Origin: the human T2T-CHM13v2.0 reference genome, Homo sapiens
Reading direction: 5' to 3' (one strand)
Length of the DNA stretch: 64,000 bases
NCBI RefSeq assembly: GCF_009914755.1
Contig: NC_060942.1
Both the position numbers and the translations under genes were made by a program. This document shows, one piece after another, positions 45,300 through 58,262 of this stretch (position 1 is its first letter; each line of letters starts with the position of its first letter). Under the pieces are notes generated by a model that was given only the letters and a program-made list of their open reading frames with translations, did no database searches and was not told the DNA's origin.

Positions 45300-46950
45300 T
45301 TTCTTAATCTTGTAGTATGGAGAAGACAAAGATTAGAGTTCAGAATCTGTCAGGGGTAAAGACCTCAATAAACACCCCAAGGCCTTATTTGAAAAACCTG
45401 GTGGGCTATTGCCTAGGAATCAGGGTGGGCAAGAGACTGAGGCATCACTACCACACCATCACTACCATCATGCCTGATGAGACTAAGGTGATTAGCTCTC
45501 TAACCCCACCTCCTGAGCAGGAGAAAATGTTATTTCTCTTTGGAAAATGGTAGAATTATTTGTAATCTCTGTAGATTTTTTACACCCAATGTCTACAATT
45601 CCATATTAAAAAACATGACTAGAAATGCCAAGGGATGAGACCATTTAACCAAGAGAATGAAAAGAGACTTGTGACTATCCAGATATTAAAGTAAGTAGGC
45701 ATTCTGTCCTAGTATACTAATAAATGAATAGAAATTTATAGACAGGATTTAAAAATAATTATAATACATATGTGCAAGAAAATAGACACAAAGAAACACA
45801 GAAGATGATTTTATCAAAAAGTTGGAATCTTAAAAATTATCAGTTGGAAATTGTAGGCCTGAACAGAACACTAGCCCAAATTATTTAAAAGGGTTAATAG
45901 CAACCAACACAATAAAAGATAAGATTAGTGAACTAGAAGACGATGTCAAAAGAGATCTCTATCTAACATTGTACTGGAGATTCTAATCAGTGCAATAAAG
46001 CAAGAAATAGAAATAAAGAGCATAAAAATTGAAAAAGAGGACATATAATGCTTATTAATTACAAATGGCATGCTAGTATACAGTGTGCATCAAAAATGCA
46101 AAAAGATTTTACAGACAACTATTGGAATCAGTAAGAGAAATGATCAAGGCCACTAGAGGAAAGATATTATATGAACTTCAATTTTATTTCTATATACCAG
46201 CAACAAATTAATAGAAAATAAAATTTTAACATTTTTACACTGCATCAAAGACATCAAATATTTAGGAATCAATAGAATGAAAACCTCTGCAATGTAACAA
46301 AATTTAGTGAGATTTTAAAGGCCTGAGTAAACGGAGGTTTGTATCATGTTCATGGATTACATTCATTATTGTAAAGTTATAGATGGCTTCCCGATTGATT
46401 TATGGATTCAGTGAAGCCTAATCAAATTCCTATCAGTATCGTGTGTATGTAAGAGTATGTCTGTGTGTATAAAATGACAAGCTGATTCTAAAACGTATAT
46501 GGTAATACAAAGACCTAAGAGTAGTCTGAGTAATACTGAAGAAGAACAAATACACTATCACTAACAAATACACTAACACTGAAGAAGAACAAATACACTA
46601 TCATATATCAATATTTTCTTTACAACTCTAGCTATCAAAATAGTGTAGTATTTGTGCAAGCATAGACAAATAGATCACTACGGTACAAATAGAGCAGAAT
46701 TGCAATAGTTATATTGCACCACAGTAGGCAAAAGATGATCTTTTTTCATTAAATCATTCCGGGTCAATTGGATGGACATATTTTTTAAAATTAATCTGGA
46801 CACCCTACCTCACAGCACACTAAAAATTCAGTTTCAGATGGACTCAGGTATAAATGCAAAAAGTGAAAGAAGTATTCTTAACAATAGCAGAAAAATACCT
46901 TTATAACCTCTAGGTCTGAGATGATCTGAAAAGAACAGATATCTCTAACA
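45300..46950 (+). mobile_element. Decayed old L1M fragments (5'/ORF1-like and ORF2)
   Basis: AACATTGTACTGGAGATTCTA..GCAATAAAGCAAGAAA, TGACAAGCTGATTCTAAAA and GACACCCTACCTCACAGCACAC remnants. Confidence 0.7.
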
Positions 46951-47474
46951 GTATATTTGGAAACATGACCGTCATCCCATAAAGCTTTGACACCCTTGTG
47001 GGAAAAGGAGGACAAGTGAAGGAGAAGCAATAAAAATTTAGCAAATGATGAATCCCTAAAGGCCAAGCACTCTGAACCCAGCCACTTGGTCTGCTTTTCC
47101 ATCTTAATTGACGTCCCTACGAAGGATGAGGAAGAGAATCTGGGTGGAGCTTTACAAAGTATAGACAGCCCCTGGAAAAGAACTCATTATATGGCTTGTC
47201 CAGGCACGTGTGGTCTCAGGCAATCTCAGTGAGTATCTCTGGATTAAGTGTGAGCGTATCTGAGAGGCAGGGCAAACACTTAGATTCTAGGTATAAGCTG
47301 GGCCCGGTAATATGAGAGACAATGGAATTCACCATGAAGTTCAGGAGCCGAATTCAGAACCATATGGAGAATTAGCATCTTCAACATCTAAGATGCAGAT
47401 GTCTTCCCTGTCCTAACTCCATCAACTTTCAGTTACCAACTATTAACTTGGTAGTGTCACATAATAATACAAAA

Positions 47475-47712
47475 ACAATAGCTAGAATGTATTGAATGTA
47501 TTAAGGGGCTCACTGTGTGTTAGTTCCATTGTAAGTGCTTTTTATATGTTAACTCATTTGATCATCACACAATTCTATGATGAAACTATTGCTATTATAC
47601 CCACTTTACAGATGAGTACCCTAAAGCAGAAAAGGTAAAATACCTTGGACAAGATCTTAGAAATAATTACTGATGCAGCCAGGATTGAAACTCAGGCAAT
47701 TTGGCTCCCAAA
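47475..47712 (-). mobile_element. MIR
   Basis: TATTATACCCACTTTACAGATGAG..GCAGCCAGGATTGAAACTCAGGCA. Confidence 0.75.
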
Positions 47713-48321
47713 AGAACACATTTTCATTGTTTGAGAAGTAAGCCTTGAGGATGAACTCAGATTATAGTTTTTATCCCACAGGAACTCAGTACCCTTGAGT
47801 TCAGCACCGAGTATTGACAAACTAATAAATCTACATTATATTTCTTACATGTTTGTTTGTGGACTAAAGTCTGTATTTGCTTTATAAGCAGAAGCAGAGA
47901 ATATGCCCTGAAAAGCAGGCATACTACATGCCAGGCATTTTTGCCTTGAATCTTGAATGAGAAATTTTTGTTTTAATTTTTGAATGAAGAAACTAGAAAT
48001 TCATAGATTTATATACATAGAGTTTCTACACATATAAAGTGGCAGAATTAAAATTAAATCTCAGGAATCTTCATGTCTGGTTTATTATTCTTTTCATAAT
48101 AGTCATTCTCAAACCATTCTGAAAACTAGTTTAACAAAAACTAAACATCATGAATTAATAGATAAGAAATATTTTATGTTCGAACCTAGTTTGACTTCTA
48201 GTTATAGGTGATTAGGAAGAAAAACATCAGTAAATAATCACCTAATTGTTTTCTAATTTAGATTATGTGACTTAGCCAAGGAAAAGTAATTAGATATGAT
48301 TTATTGCAGTTTCTTCTTCTA

Positions 48322-48485
48322 TTTTTTTTTTTTTTTTTTGGCAGGATCTAGCTCTGTTGCCCAGGCTGGAGTGCAGTGGAATGAATATGGCACACTGCAG
48401 CCTTGACCTCTTGGGCTCAAGGATCCCCCAGTCTCAATCTCCTGAGTAGTTGGGACGACAGGTGTGTGCCAGCATGCCCAGCAAT
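48322..48485 (-). mobile_element. AluJ right arm or FRAM-like monomer
   Basis: Poly(T) followed by a single arm, GCTCTGTTGCCCAGGCTGGAGTGCAGTGG. Confidence 0.85.
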
Positions 48486-48949
48486 TACTGTGGTTTCTAA
48501 CCCACCTTCTAGGTAGAATGGTGAAAGCCTAGAGATTTTTTTTCACCCAAGATCCTAATTTTCTATGACTTTCCCAAAGCTATTTTCATTTTAAACCATA
48601 GATTTCCAAAGAATGAGTTTTTTCCATAGCAATATCTACCTTCTGTTACTAAGAAGCAAGAAACAAGGGGTGGTGGCATGTGAGAAGATCCTATCAGGAG
48701 AACAATACAGCTTCTATGGCCTTGATTTTGTCCATTTCTGGACTTCACATTCTTCACAACTCAGTGGCAGGTGAGATATATTTTCCTAGCCAGATCACTC
48801 TTCTTTCTATAGAAACTTTAATATAGATTTCGGACCTCAAGTTAAGCCCTAGATCTTCAGGACTGACAAGACTCTCTGGGATGAGGTTTTCAATGCTGAA
48901 GATGAAGCCACCTTGATGATATTCTCAGATAATCACTGATCATCTTCAT

Positions 48950-49105
48950 CTGATTACATCTTTACAACAAGCCCACAGAAAGGATTCTTTCCCCATTTAC
49001 CAAGGCTCAGAGAGATTGGGCTGCTGCCTCAAGGTCACAAAGTCAACAAATGGTAGGGCTGGGATTTGAACCTGCATTCTCTCTGACTTCAAAACCCAAG
49101 TTCTA
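48950..49105 (-). mobile_element. MIR
   Basis: AGGCTCAGAGAG..CAAGGTCACA..GCTGGGATTTGAACC. Confidence 0.7.
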
Positions 49106-49594
49106 CATTACTGCCCTGCTGGAAAATCTCTTCGCTACTTTAGTAAGGTAACAAATGGGGATTTTGTGTATTGATATATTGGAATTTTAAAAAGAGACTT
49201 AGAGAAATACGACCCTCAATTAACAATTTGAAGCTGTTAACTTGATGAATGATGTATAATGATAGAACATGAATTGTACAGCACCTGTTAATAATTTCCT
49301 GAATAATTGGACAGCTCATTTATTATCTGAGTCCCTTCAGCACCCTTTGGGTATTCCAAAGGCACACTGCTTTTGGGACCAGCCATGTTCAGCTGAACAG
49401 AATCCTAAATCACCTAACATGGCTTCGGAGTAGGATGATTGTGTTTCACTTTAAAATGACTAGAAATTTTGTACCTTAAGCTAAATGAATATACTAAATT
49501 TTAGTCCATATTGTCTAGTTCTAATGAAACAGTTACTCCTTCCACCAATCTAAGGGCATTAATTGGTCTAAGTCCTGGGGTTAGTCAGTGTTAT

Positions 49595-50080
49595 TAGTTA
49601 TTAGTTTCCTGTTGCTGCTGTAACTAATCACCACAAACTTAGTTGCTTAAAGTAATACAAATTTATTATCTTACAGCTCTGAAACCAACATGGGTTGAAA
49701 CCAAATTGTTGACAAGACTGGGCTCTCTCGGGAGCTCTAGGGGAAAACATATTTATTTGCCTTTCTCAGTTCCTAGAGCTACATTCTTCAGTTCATGCCC
49801 CTTTCTCCATTTTCAGTTAGCAGTGGAGTACCTTCAAGTCTCTTTGCTTTCAATATTCTGTAGCCTTCAGTCACCCTAATCTCCAGCCTCCCCATTATAA
49901 GGATCCCTGTGATTGTATCAGGCCCACCCAGAAAACCCAGAATAACTTCCCTATCTGAAAGTCCTTAACTTAATTACATCTGCATTGTCTATTTTGCCAG
50001 ATAAAGTAACATTCATAGGTTCTGGGGTTAGGACATAGACATCTTAGTGTGGGAGAAGAAGGGATTATTTACATACCAAG
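49595..50080 (-). mobile_element. MLT1C/D-type MaLR solo LTR
   Basis: TTAGTTTCCTGTTGCTGCTGTAACTAATCACCACAAACTTAG..CCTTAACTTAATTACATCTGCA..GGTTCTGGGGTTAGGACATAGACATCTT. Confidence 0.8.
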
Positions 50081-50137
50081 TCAGACAAAATTTTTCTATT
50101 TTACGTTTTAAGATAGTGGAAAAGAGGTTTTAGGTCA

Positions 50138-50732
50138 TGTCTTAGTTTGTTTTGTGTTGTTGTAACAAACAACCATAGACTGGATAATTTATAAAGGACA
50201 GAAGTTTATTTTCTAACAGTCCAAAATCTGGGACATCTAAGATCAGATTACCAGCATCTGGTGAGGGCCTTCTTGCTGCCTCATCCCATGGTGGAAGTGG
50301 AAGAGTAACAGTGAATGACAGAGAGCAAGATGGGAGCTGGACTTGACCTAAAAAGAACCCAGTCCTACAATAATGAATTGATTCCCACAATGACAGCATT
50401 AATCCATTCATGAGAGCAGTGTCCTCATGACCCAAACAGCTCCCAATTAGGCCCCACTTCCCACTTCCTAGGCTCAAGTGATCCTCCAACCACAGCCTCC
50501 TGAATAGCTAGAACTACAGGTATGTGCCACCACATCCACCATGCCCAGCTAATTTTAATTTTTTTGATAGAGATGAGGGTCTTACTATGTTGCCCAGGCT
50601 AGTCTTGAACTCCTAGGATCTAGTGATCCTCCTGCCTTGGCCTTCCAAAGTTTTGGGATTACAGGCATGAGCCACTGCACCTGGCTTCATTTCCATCACA
50701 TGAAGTTTGGGAGACACATTCAAACCACATCA
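50138..50732 (-). mobile_element. MST-type MaLR LTR interrupted by a tail-less AluJ (about 50462-50685)
   Basis: TGTCTTAGTTTGTTTTGTGTTG start; CACATTCAAACCACATCA end after the Alu text. Confidence 0.8.
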
Positions 50733-52474
50733 GGGTGTATTATCAATATTGAACTATCGGTAAGCATTTTAGGAGTGGTTTATTTTTCAACTAAGCTAAT
50801 TGTAAATAGTCATTATTATAGAATAAGTACTTTTTTTGGAAAAACTAATCATAAACTAAAGCAACACGGATAAATTAGAAACCACTTCTTGAAATACACA
50901 TGGTAATTGTTCTTCAAAGATACAGCGCTCTTCACCTCATTGGTGAAGTAAACAGGAATCTTGCCTCAAATAGTAAAGAATAATAAAAATAAAAATAAAA
51001 ACACTTAATGTTAGCCACTTGTGATTCAGAGGGTTTTTACAGTGTTAAAAGCTTTTCATAAAACCAGGAAGTTGCAATAATATTTAAATCAATGTCACTC
51101 AGATGTCTTTGCAAGGCAAACAAAGCTCTATCAATTGAACAACCAAACCACTGTTCAAATTAATCAGTAGGAACTTGATAAATTCCACTGATGTAGAAAA
51201 TTAGCACTTTGCATGTTTCCCAGATTTTGATTTCATTTGGGCGTCTGGTCATGAATTATAACCACTCTTCTTGGACTCCAGCTATTTCACTTGAAATCCA
51301 TTATTTCTAGCAGAATTATGAGTCTTGTTAAGGAAATGCCAGCTATTTCCATTTTGAGCATCTGCACTGCAGTTCTATTATTAACATGGAGTTCATCTTA
51401 AAAAGAGGGAAGAATTAGATTTTTGTCTTTGGGGCATTGTGGGAGGGGGCAGGTGGTGGTGATTGGAGCTTCAGTGAAACAAACAAGCTCACAAGGCGGC
51501 TTCCAATTGACACAGCTGTCATGTAAATATCTGTCCCTGCTGTATAGCTAAGGGATCCTGGGCTTAAAGACCTTATAGCCATATGTAAACAATGCAGTGC
51601 TGATGACAGGTCTATAGCACTGGAGAAAACATGTGCAGCTGTTTCATCCTCCTTCCTATGGAGAGATACAAATGTTCAGGAGGCAGATCACAGATGCTTA
51701 AAACTCAGTTTTAGAAGCTTACAGAGCTAGTCCTGCTTCTGTGATGCACTTCACATCACTGCCTTCCGGGTCATGCCGTAATAGCCCATGGTGTGAATGC
51801 TTCTGTGCGGGCTCCCTACTGGGTCTCTCACTACCTCTCTCTTCTGCTCCTCCAGCTTCAGCCCAATTGTTTCCCCTGAGTGGCAGTTAGGCAAAGCGTC
51901 TCTTTCACCACTGGATGCAGAGGGAACCCCTGACCTATGCCTCTGCATGTTGCATTGATCAGAGGGTTCCCCAGATCAAAGAATCGAAGATGTTACTGCT
52001 CAGATAGGTCATTTACTCTGTTCTCTGCTTACTGCTCTCTTCTCTTCACAGCATTTTTTCCAGTATTTAGCCCAGGCTTATTACAAAATAATCAAACAGG
52101 AAACAAAGTATTGTTTCAGCCAAGGTTCACTTAGTAAAAGCGAAAGCACAGTTGATGTGACATATAAAAGTATTATGCACATGTCAATTTGAAGGCAATA
52201 AATTTTTGCTTCCTCTTTCAGTTCTTCAAATTAAAACTGAGGTGACTATGTACAATTTTTCAGGTAAGTAAACTTGTGTTGAGCTTTGGAGACTTACCTG
52301 GATTCTTTGGGTTAGCATAGTATTTCATGACCTGAATTATTCAGAGCCCCAAATTATTTCAGTATATTTTTCTGGTCACATTATGTGTTTAACAGACACA
52401 AGTCCAATAGCAAGGCTGATTTTTAAACAGGCATTTTCTTTCTTTTTTTCTTATTTGAGCCACTTCCTTAAGCA

Positions 52475-52725
52475 GCAGTTAGATGTTTGAGCTCTACTAG
52501 CAGACTAAGTCAATTTAAATCCAGACATATCCACTTATTACATCTGAGATTTTGGGCAAGTTATTGAAACTATCCAAGCTTAAAATTCCTTATTGTAAAA
52601 TGGGGATAATAACAGTACTTATCTCTTAGGGTTGTTTTGAGGATTAACTGGATAATCCATACCAAGTCTTTAGTTTAATTTCATGCACATAAAACCACCC
52701 ACTAAATATGAGCCATGATTATGAT
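52475..52725 (+). mobile_element. MIR
   Basis: TTGGGCAAGTTA..TGTAAAATGGGGATAATAACAGTAC..AGGGTTGTTTTGAGGATTAA core. Confidence 0.8.
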
Positions 52726-53175
52726 TCTCATATTTGGAAGAATACCAGCGTAAGTTAGAAACGCTTAGCTAAAGAAAAAAAAACACTTAATAGTAATCCA
52801 TACATAAATGCCTTCTCCAACTTCCAAACCTGTAACCTCCAAAGATTTACACCTAGCTGTAGTCTCCCCTGAAAACTACCACCTTTTGTGCATCCCAGTA
52901 CAGTATATTATCCAGGAAACCCCCCCTCCCCTTCCATAAATCTAGAATTCTTACCCTATTTTTTTTTAATTCAAAAAATGCTGGGGCAGAGATCCAAATA
53001 AATGCAACTCAGAACTCATACAGTTCTACTTTTATGAGAATGGGTAGAAAGCTCTAACTGGTGTACCTAACATATTGGTTTTTTTAAAAATATTGAGTCG
53101 AGATGCTCAGTTATAGACTGAGCTGAAAAGGCTTTTGTAGATGAGAACAGGAATTTAAACACTCTGAGAATGTTG

Positions 53176-53586
53176 TCTTAAGAGAAAAAGTTCAGCCGAA
53201 TTAAATGTGAAGGAGTTTAATTGAGCAATGAACAATTCGCGAATTGCGAAGCCCCCAGAATCACAGCAGATTCAGACAGACTCCAGCACAGCCACGTGGT
53301 GAAAGATTTATAGACAAAAAAAGGGAAGTGACCTACAGAAATCAGAAGTGAGGTACAGCTCAGCATTAGCCTTAGTTGAACACAGTTTGAACACTCGACA
53401 GTGTATGAATGGTTGAAGTTTGGCTGCTGGGATTGGCCAAGACTCAGCCACTGTTACAGGTGCACACTCCGAAGATAGGTTCTCAATTTTGTCTACCTAT
53501 TATATTAACTTAGGTTGCAGTTCCTCCACAGACTCAAATATAGAAGTATGGAGTCGTTCTCAGGCCATATGTAGTTCGATTTAACA
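53176..53586 (-). mobile_element. MER57-type ERV1 solo LTR
   Basis: The reverse strand begins TGTTAAATCGAACTACATATGGCCTGAGAACGACTCCATACTTCTATATTTGAGTC, as in the recalled MER57 consensus; near-TSD GTTG/GCTG. Confidence 0.85.
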
Positions 53587-53761
53587 GCTGTCTCTTTGGA
53601 AAAGTTTGTTCTGAGTTCCAACAATTGACTTACAAGTTGACCTGGGAACACAACCCCTCCATGAATTGATCAATTACTGAAACTCCACAAAATAAGATGA
53701 ATCCGTTTACATTTTAAAACAAATAGAGGAAGGTAATGGGGATGCATCTTTTTCCTGTATC

Positions 53762-56252
53762 TTTTTTTTTTTAAGCAGACTTTATTTTCTTAGAGCAGTT
53801 TTAACTTCACAGCTAAATTGAGCAGAAAGTACAGTGTTCCCATACACTGGCTGTCCCTACACTTGCACAGCCTCCTCTGTAATCAACATCTGACACTAGA
53901 GTGATGTATTAGTTACAATCAATGAATCTGTATTGATGCATCATTATTACTCAAAAGTCCATAGTTTATAGCAGGGTTTACTATTGGTGTGGTATATTCT
54001 ATGGATTCTTAAAGGAAAATTCTATGGATAAATAGAAGTGGTACATTGTTATAAGTTTTGACAAATGTGTGACATGATCACCATTATAGTATCATACAGG
54101 ATAACCTCATTGCCTTAAAAATCCTCTATACTCCATGTATTTACCTTCCTTTCCTCCTAATACCTGGCAATCACTGATTTTTTTTACTGTCTCCATAGCT
54201 TTGCATTTCCTAGAATGTCATGTAGTTGGAATAATACTGCATGTAGCCTCTTTAGATTGGCGTCTTTCACCAATCTGAATGCTTCTAAAGTTCCTCCATG
54301 TCTTTTCATGGCTTGATAGCTCATTTCTTCTGAGTGTTGAATAATATTCCATCGTTAAATTGGATTATCAGTTTATCTCTCCATTCACCTAATGAAGGAC
54401 ATCAGGGTTGCTTTCAGTTTATAAAAATTAAACTGAAATTTACAGAAATTTATATTTAAAGAAATTTAGAGTTTATGGAAATTAAAGCTACTGTAAACAT
54501 CCATGTATTGGTTTTTGTGTGGGCATAAGTTTACAGTTTATTTGGATAAATACCAAGGAGCAGAATTGCTAAATTGCATGGTAAGAAAGTGCCAAACTGT
54601 TTTCCAAACTGGCTGTGCCATGTTGCATTCCAATCAGCAATGAATGGGAGTTCCTGTTGCTCCACATCCTTGTCAGCATTTGCTGTTGTCAGTGTTTTGT
54701 ATTTTGGCCATTCTAATAGGTGAGTAGTGGTATGTCATTGTTGTTTTAATATGCAATTTTCTAATGACATGTGATGTTGAGTACTTTTTCATATGTATAC
54801 TTGTCTTCTGTATCTTTTTTATGAGGTGTCTGTTCAGGCCTTTTGCCCATTTTCAACTGAGTGGTTCATTTTCTTATTGTTGAATTTTAAGATTCTTTTG
54901 TCTATTTTGGATAATAGTCCTTTGTTAGTTGTGACTTTTGCAAATGCTTTCTTCTTGTCTGTGGCTTGTCTTCTAATTCTTTTAGTAGCACATTTTGCAG
55001 AGCAGAAGTTTTCAGTTTTAATGAAGTTCAGCTTACCAATTATTTCTTTCATGGATCATGCCTCTGGCATTATATATAAAAAGTCATTACCAAGTCAAAG
55101 GTCATTTAAATGTTCTCCTATGTTATCTTTTTGTAGTTTTGTAGTTTTTGCATTTTACATTTACATCTATGATTCATTTCAAAATATTTTTTGTGGAGCA
55201 TGTAAAGTCTGTGCCTAGATTCCTTTTTAAATTTTTTTTTGCATGTAGATGTCATCTTTCTCCAGCACTATTTGTTGAAAGACTATCTTTTCTCCATTGT
55301 ATTGCCTTTGTTTCCTTGTCAAAGATCAATTGACATTTGTGTGAGCTTATTTCTTGTCTCTAACTGGTCTCTATATTATGTTCCATTAAACTATTTGTCT
55401 TTTTAAATTTTTATTATTTAGAGACAGAGTATCACTCTGTTATCCAGCTTTGAGTGCAGTGATGAGATTGCATGATCGTAGCTCGTTGCAGCCTCAAACT
55501 ACTGGGCTCTTCTCCTACCTCAGCCTCCTGAGTTGCTGGGCCTATAGTTGCAAGCCACCATACATGGCTAATTTTTAATTTTTGTGTAGAGACAGAGTCT
55601 CACTATGTTGTCCAGGCTGGCCTCAAAGTCCTGGCCTCAAACAATCCTCCTGCCTCTGCCTCCCAAAATGTTGTGATTACAGGCATGAACCACTGCACCA
55701 GGCTATTATTTTTTCTTTTTGCAATAGCATACTGTCTTGATTACTGTAACTTTATACTAAGTCTTGAAGTCAAGTAGTCCCAATTTTGTTCTCCTTCAAT
55801 ATTGTTTTGGCTATTCTGGGTCTTTTGCTTCTTCATATAAAATTTATAATTAGTTTTTTGATAACCGCAAAATAAGTTGCTGAGATTTTGATTGGGATTA
55901 TGTTAAATCTATAGACCAAGTTGGGAAAAATCATATTGAGTCTTTGTAGTAATAAACATGGAATATCCCTCCACTTAGTTCTTTAATTTCTTTCATCAGA
56001 GTTTTGTCATTTTCTTCATATAGCTCTTGAACATATTTTGTTAGATTTATACTTAAGTGTTTCATGGTATTGGTTGTTAATGTAGATGATATATTTTAAT
56101 TTGAAATTCCACTTGTTCCTTGCTCATATATAGGAAAGTGATTGATGTTTGTATATTTACCTGTATTCTACAACCTTGCTACAATTCCTTAATAGTTTCA
56201 AGAAGTCTTTATGTTGTTCCAAGACATTTTTTTGTTGTTGAATCTGTGGGAG
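53762..56252 (-). mobile_element. L1MC-like 3' UTR and ORF2 end, split by an AluJ; a short piece resumes after the PA2G4 pseudogene
   Basis: TTAGAGCAGTTTTAACTTCACAGCTAAATTGAGCAGAAAGTACAG 3' end; ORF2-like peptide KLNFIKTENFCSAKCATKRIRRQATD at 54834-55052. Confidence 0.85.
55398..55703 (-). mobile_element. AluJ
   Basis: Diverged two-arm Alu text, including GAGTCTCACTATGTTGTCCAGGCTGG. Confidence 0.85.
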
Positions 56253-57843
56253 TTTCTTTCTTTCTTTTTTGTTTTTTGACTCCTGATTTTATTATTCAGT
56301 TTCTTTTTTTCATTTAAAGTAGTCTTCCATGGTTGGAAAGGCTCACCTCCCAAGACCAGAGTCAGCTGGAGCTGGTTGTTGCTGGAAGGGGGTGGGATGG
56401 GGAACTGGGATGGGGGCAAGGAGACCCCTGCTCTGCTGGTGGTCCCAGGCGTAGAAGAACTGCACTTCCCAGAGCCTGGGATACAGTGGGAAGGGGATGA
56501 GGCAGGAGCAGCAATCTGGGGAGAAGGCCCCACCCCAGTCCCCAGCTTCCTTTTCTTCTAATGTTTCCCTACTGGTGGTGTTCTCTGGGAGGCCTTCTTT
56601 TTTTTTCTTTTTATGGGTTTTTCAACTTGAAGAACTCTGTAGGAGGGTCTTTAGCTCTGGATCCTGGACCTCTATCTCAGACTTGTAGAGGTCAGGCTCA
56701 AAGGGACCACTGGTTATCAGCATGGAGCCACTGGGCATGAGCAGAACTGTAAATTTAAACTGGTCAACAGATTCACCCTTTTTTTCATACAGAACATTAA
56801 ATAGTTGCAGCAGTCCATGTTTGGTGCACTCCACCACACCCATCCAAGCCTACTTCTCATCTTCAAATGCTCTTAAAGTAAACAACAAAGCATTAAAACA
56901 CCTTTCCACCTCGCTGAAGAAGGCACGTGAAGTTTGCATTTGTAGTCCATATTATTTAGAGGGGTCTCCTTTGTAAATAGTAGTCCTGCATCCTTGGCCT
57001 TGCCCTCTCCTATGCTGATGAAAACATCAAATTCAGCTTTTTCATGGTCCTTCTTCTGCTGGTCTGCAGGGTTCTGGGTAACAGTTTTCTCACCATCAAT
57101 GACATGTTGCTTCAGTTGGTGTGACAGCATATCTTCTACTGGCATGCAGTTAAATGAATGACCAACTTTGTTCCAGGCTTCTGTCACTTGTGTGTTATGG
57201 TTTCCAGGTTTGACCAGGCATAGGGCAGCTTCAACACAAAGGTGGGCTGCCTTAATAACATCTGCTTTCTGCCTTGTTATTTGGATCCCCTGAGCTACAT
57301 CCACCACAAAAGTATGAGTTACATTAGCGATGAAGCCATCCACATGGACACCAAGGTCAATTTTTACCAGGTTACCTTCCTTGAGAATACAGTCTTTGTC
57401 ACTCTTCAAAGGAGAGAAGTGACCCACACAGTTATTTACCAAAATGCTGGTGGGAAAAGCAATACTTTTCTTCATTTCCTTTACTTTCTTGAAGATTTTC
57501 CCTGTTTCTGCCATAATCATGGCATCACCTTCCTCACACAGCCTCAGTACTCACACACCTGAGCTGGATGCTTCCACCAAGGACCAAAGTACCCAGCTGG
57601 CGATGTCACCCACCCATCTGATACTTGGTCATGACCAGGTCCTCAGCGATAGTTTGCTCTTGCTGCTCATCCCTGCCCAACATCTTCCTACCACCAGCAG
57701 TGCAGCCTCATTTTCCCTGAGCCACCTCCTCTGTCTCCCATCCCAGCTGCAGGCTGTGGTCAGAGCACACCTTGGATCCTCGAGAAGGGGGCAAGTGAAA
57801 GCGCAAGTAAGCAAGAGAGCAGGCAGGCAGGCGAGAGCGAGAT
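56253..57843 (-). pseudogene. PA2G4P3: Full-length processed pseudogene of PA2G4 (EBP1)
   Basis: Intronless. Peptides [53 protein letters not shown] and [38 protein letters not shown] match PA2G4. Ancestral ATG at 57683, premature TGA at 57551-57553, frameshift near 56985, AATAAA at 56288-56293 and decayed poly(A) at 56253-56277. The parent gene is confident; the P3 number is from memory only. Confidence 0.95.
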
Positions 57844-58262
57844 TTTGGGGATTCCTATATATGGGTTTACATTTTAATGTCAATGTTTATTTTTTAGAGT
57901 CTGTTAGGAAATTTTTGTATTTGTTAAACCTAGTGTTCTCCCTATTATGTATAATGTATAATTGAATAAGCATTAGTAACTTTATAATTTTTTTTGTTGT
58001 TTTCAGGTACTTAGGGTTAAGGAGAAAGCAACAATTTGTTGAAAATATATCTTTAACACCTTTCTAATGATTGCTAGTACCCATTCTTAAAAACATGAAA
58101 GCCATTATTGACCACTGATCAGGAAACTGCATCTAAGTATGACTTAACAGTATTATTTGGTTTTCATTGTATTTATTTTTACGTATTTACCAAACATTCA
58201 TGGCAAACGGTATTAATTTCTTACTTACGGTACTGATTTAAATTTTATATTTTACATAATTG

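Noticed and set aside
48205-48244. 10-bp inverted repeat TAGGTGATTA / TAATCACCTA as a MITE or miRNA hairpin
   Set aside because: The stem is too short, there is no TSD, and such matches are expected occasionally in 64 kb of AT-rich DNA.
57242-57965. Plus-strand ORFs of 106 and 173 aa
   Set aside because: They are antisense shadows of the PA2G4 pseudogene.
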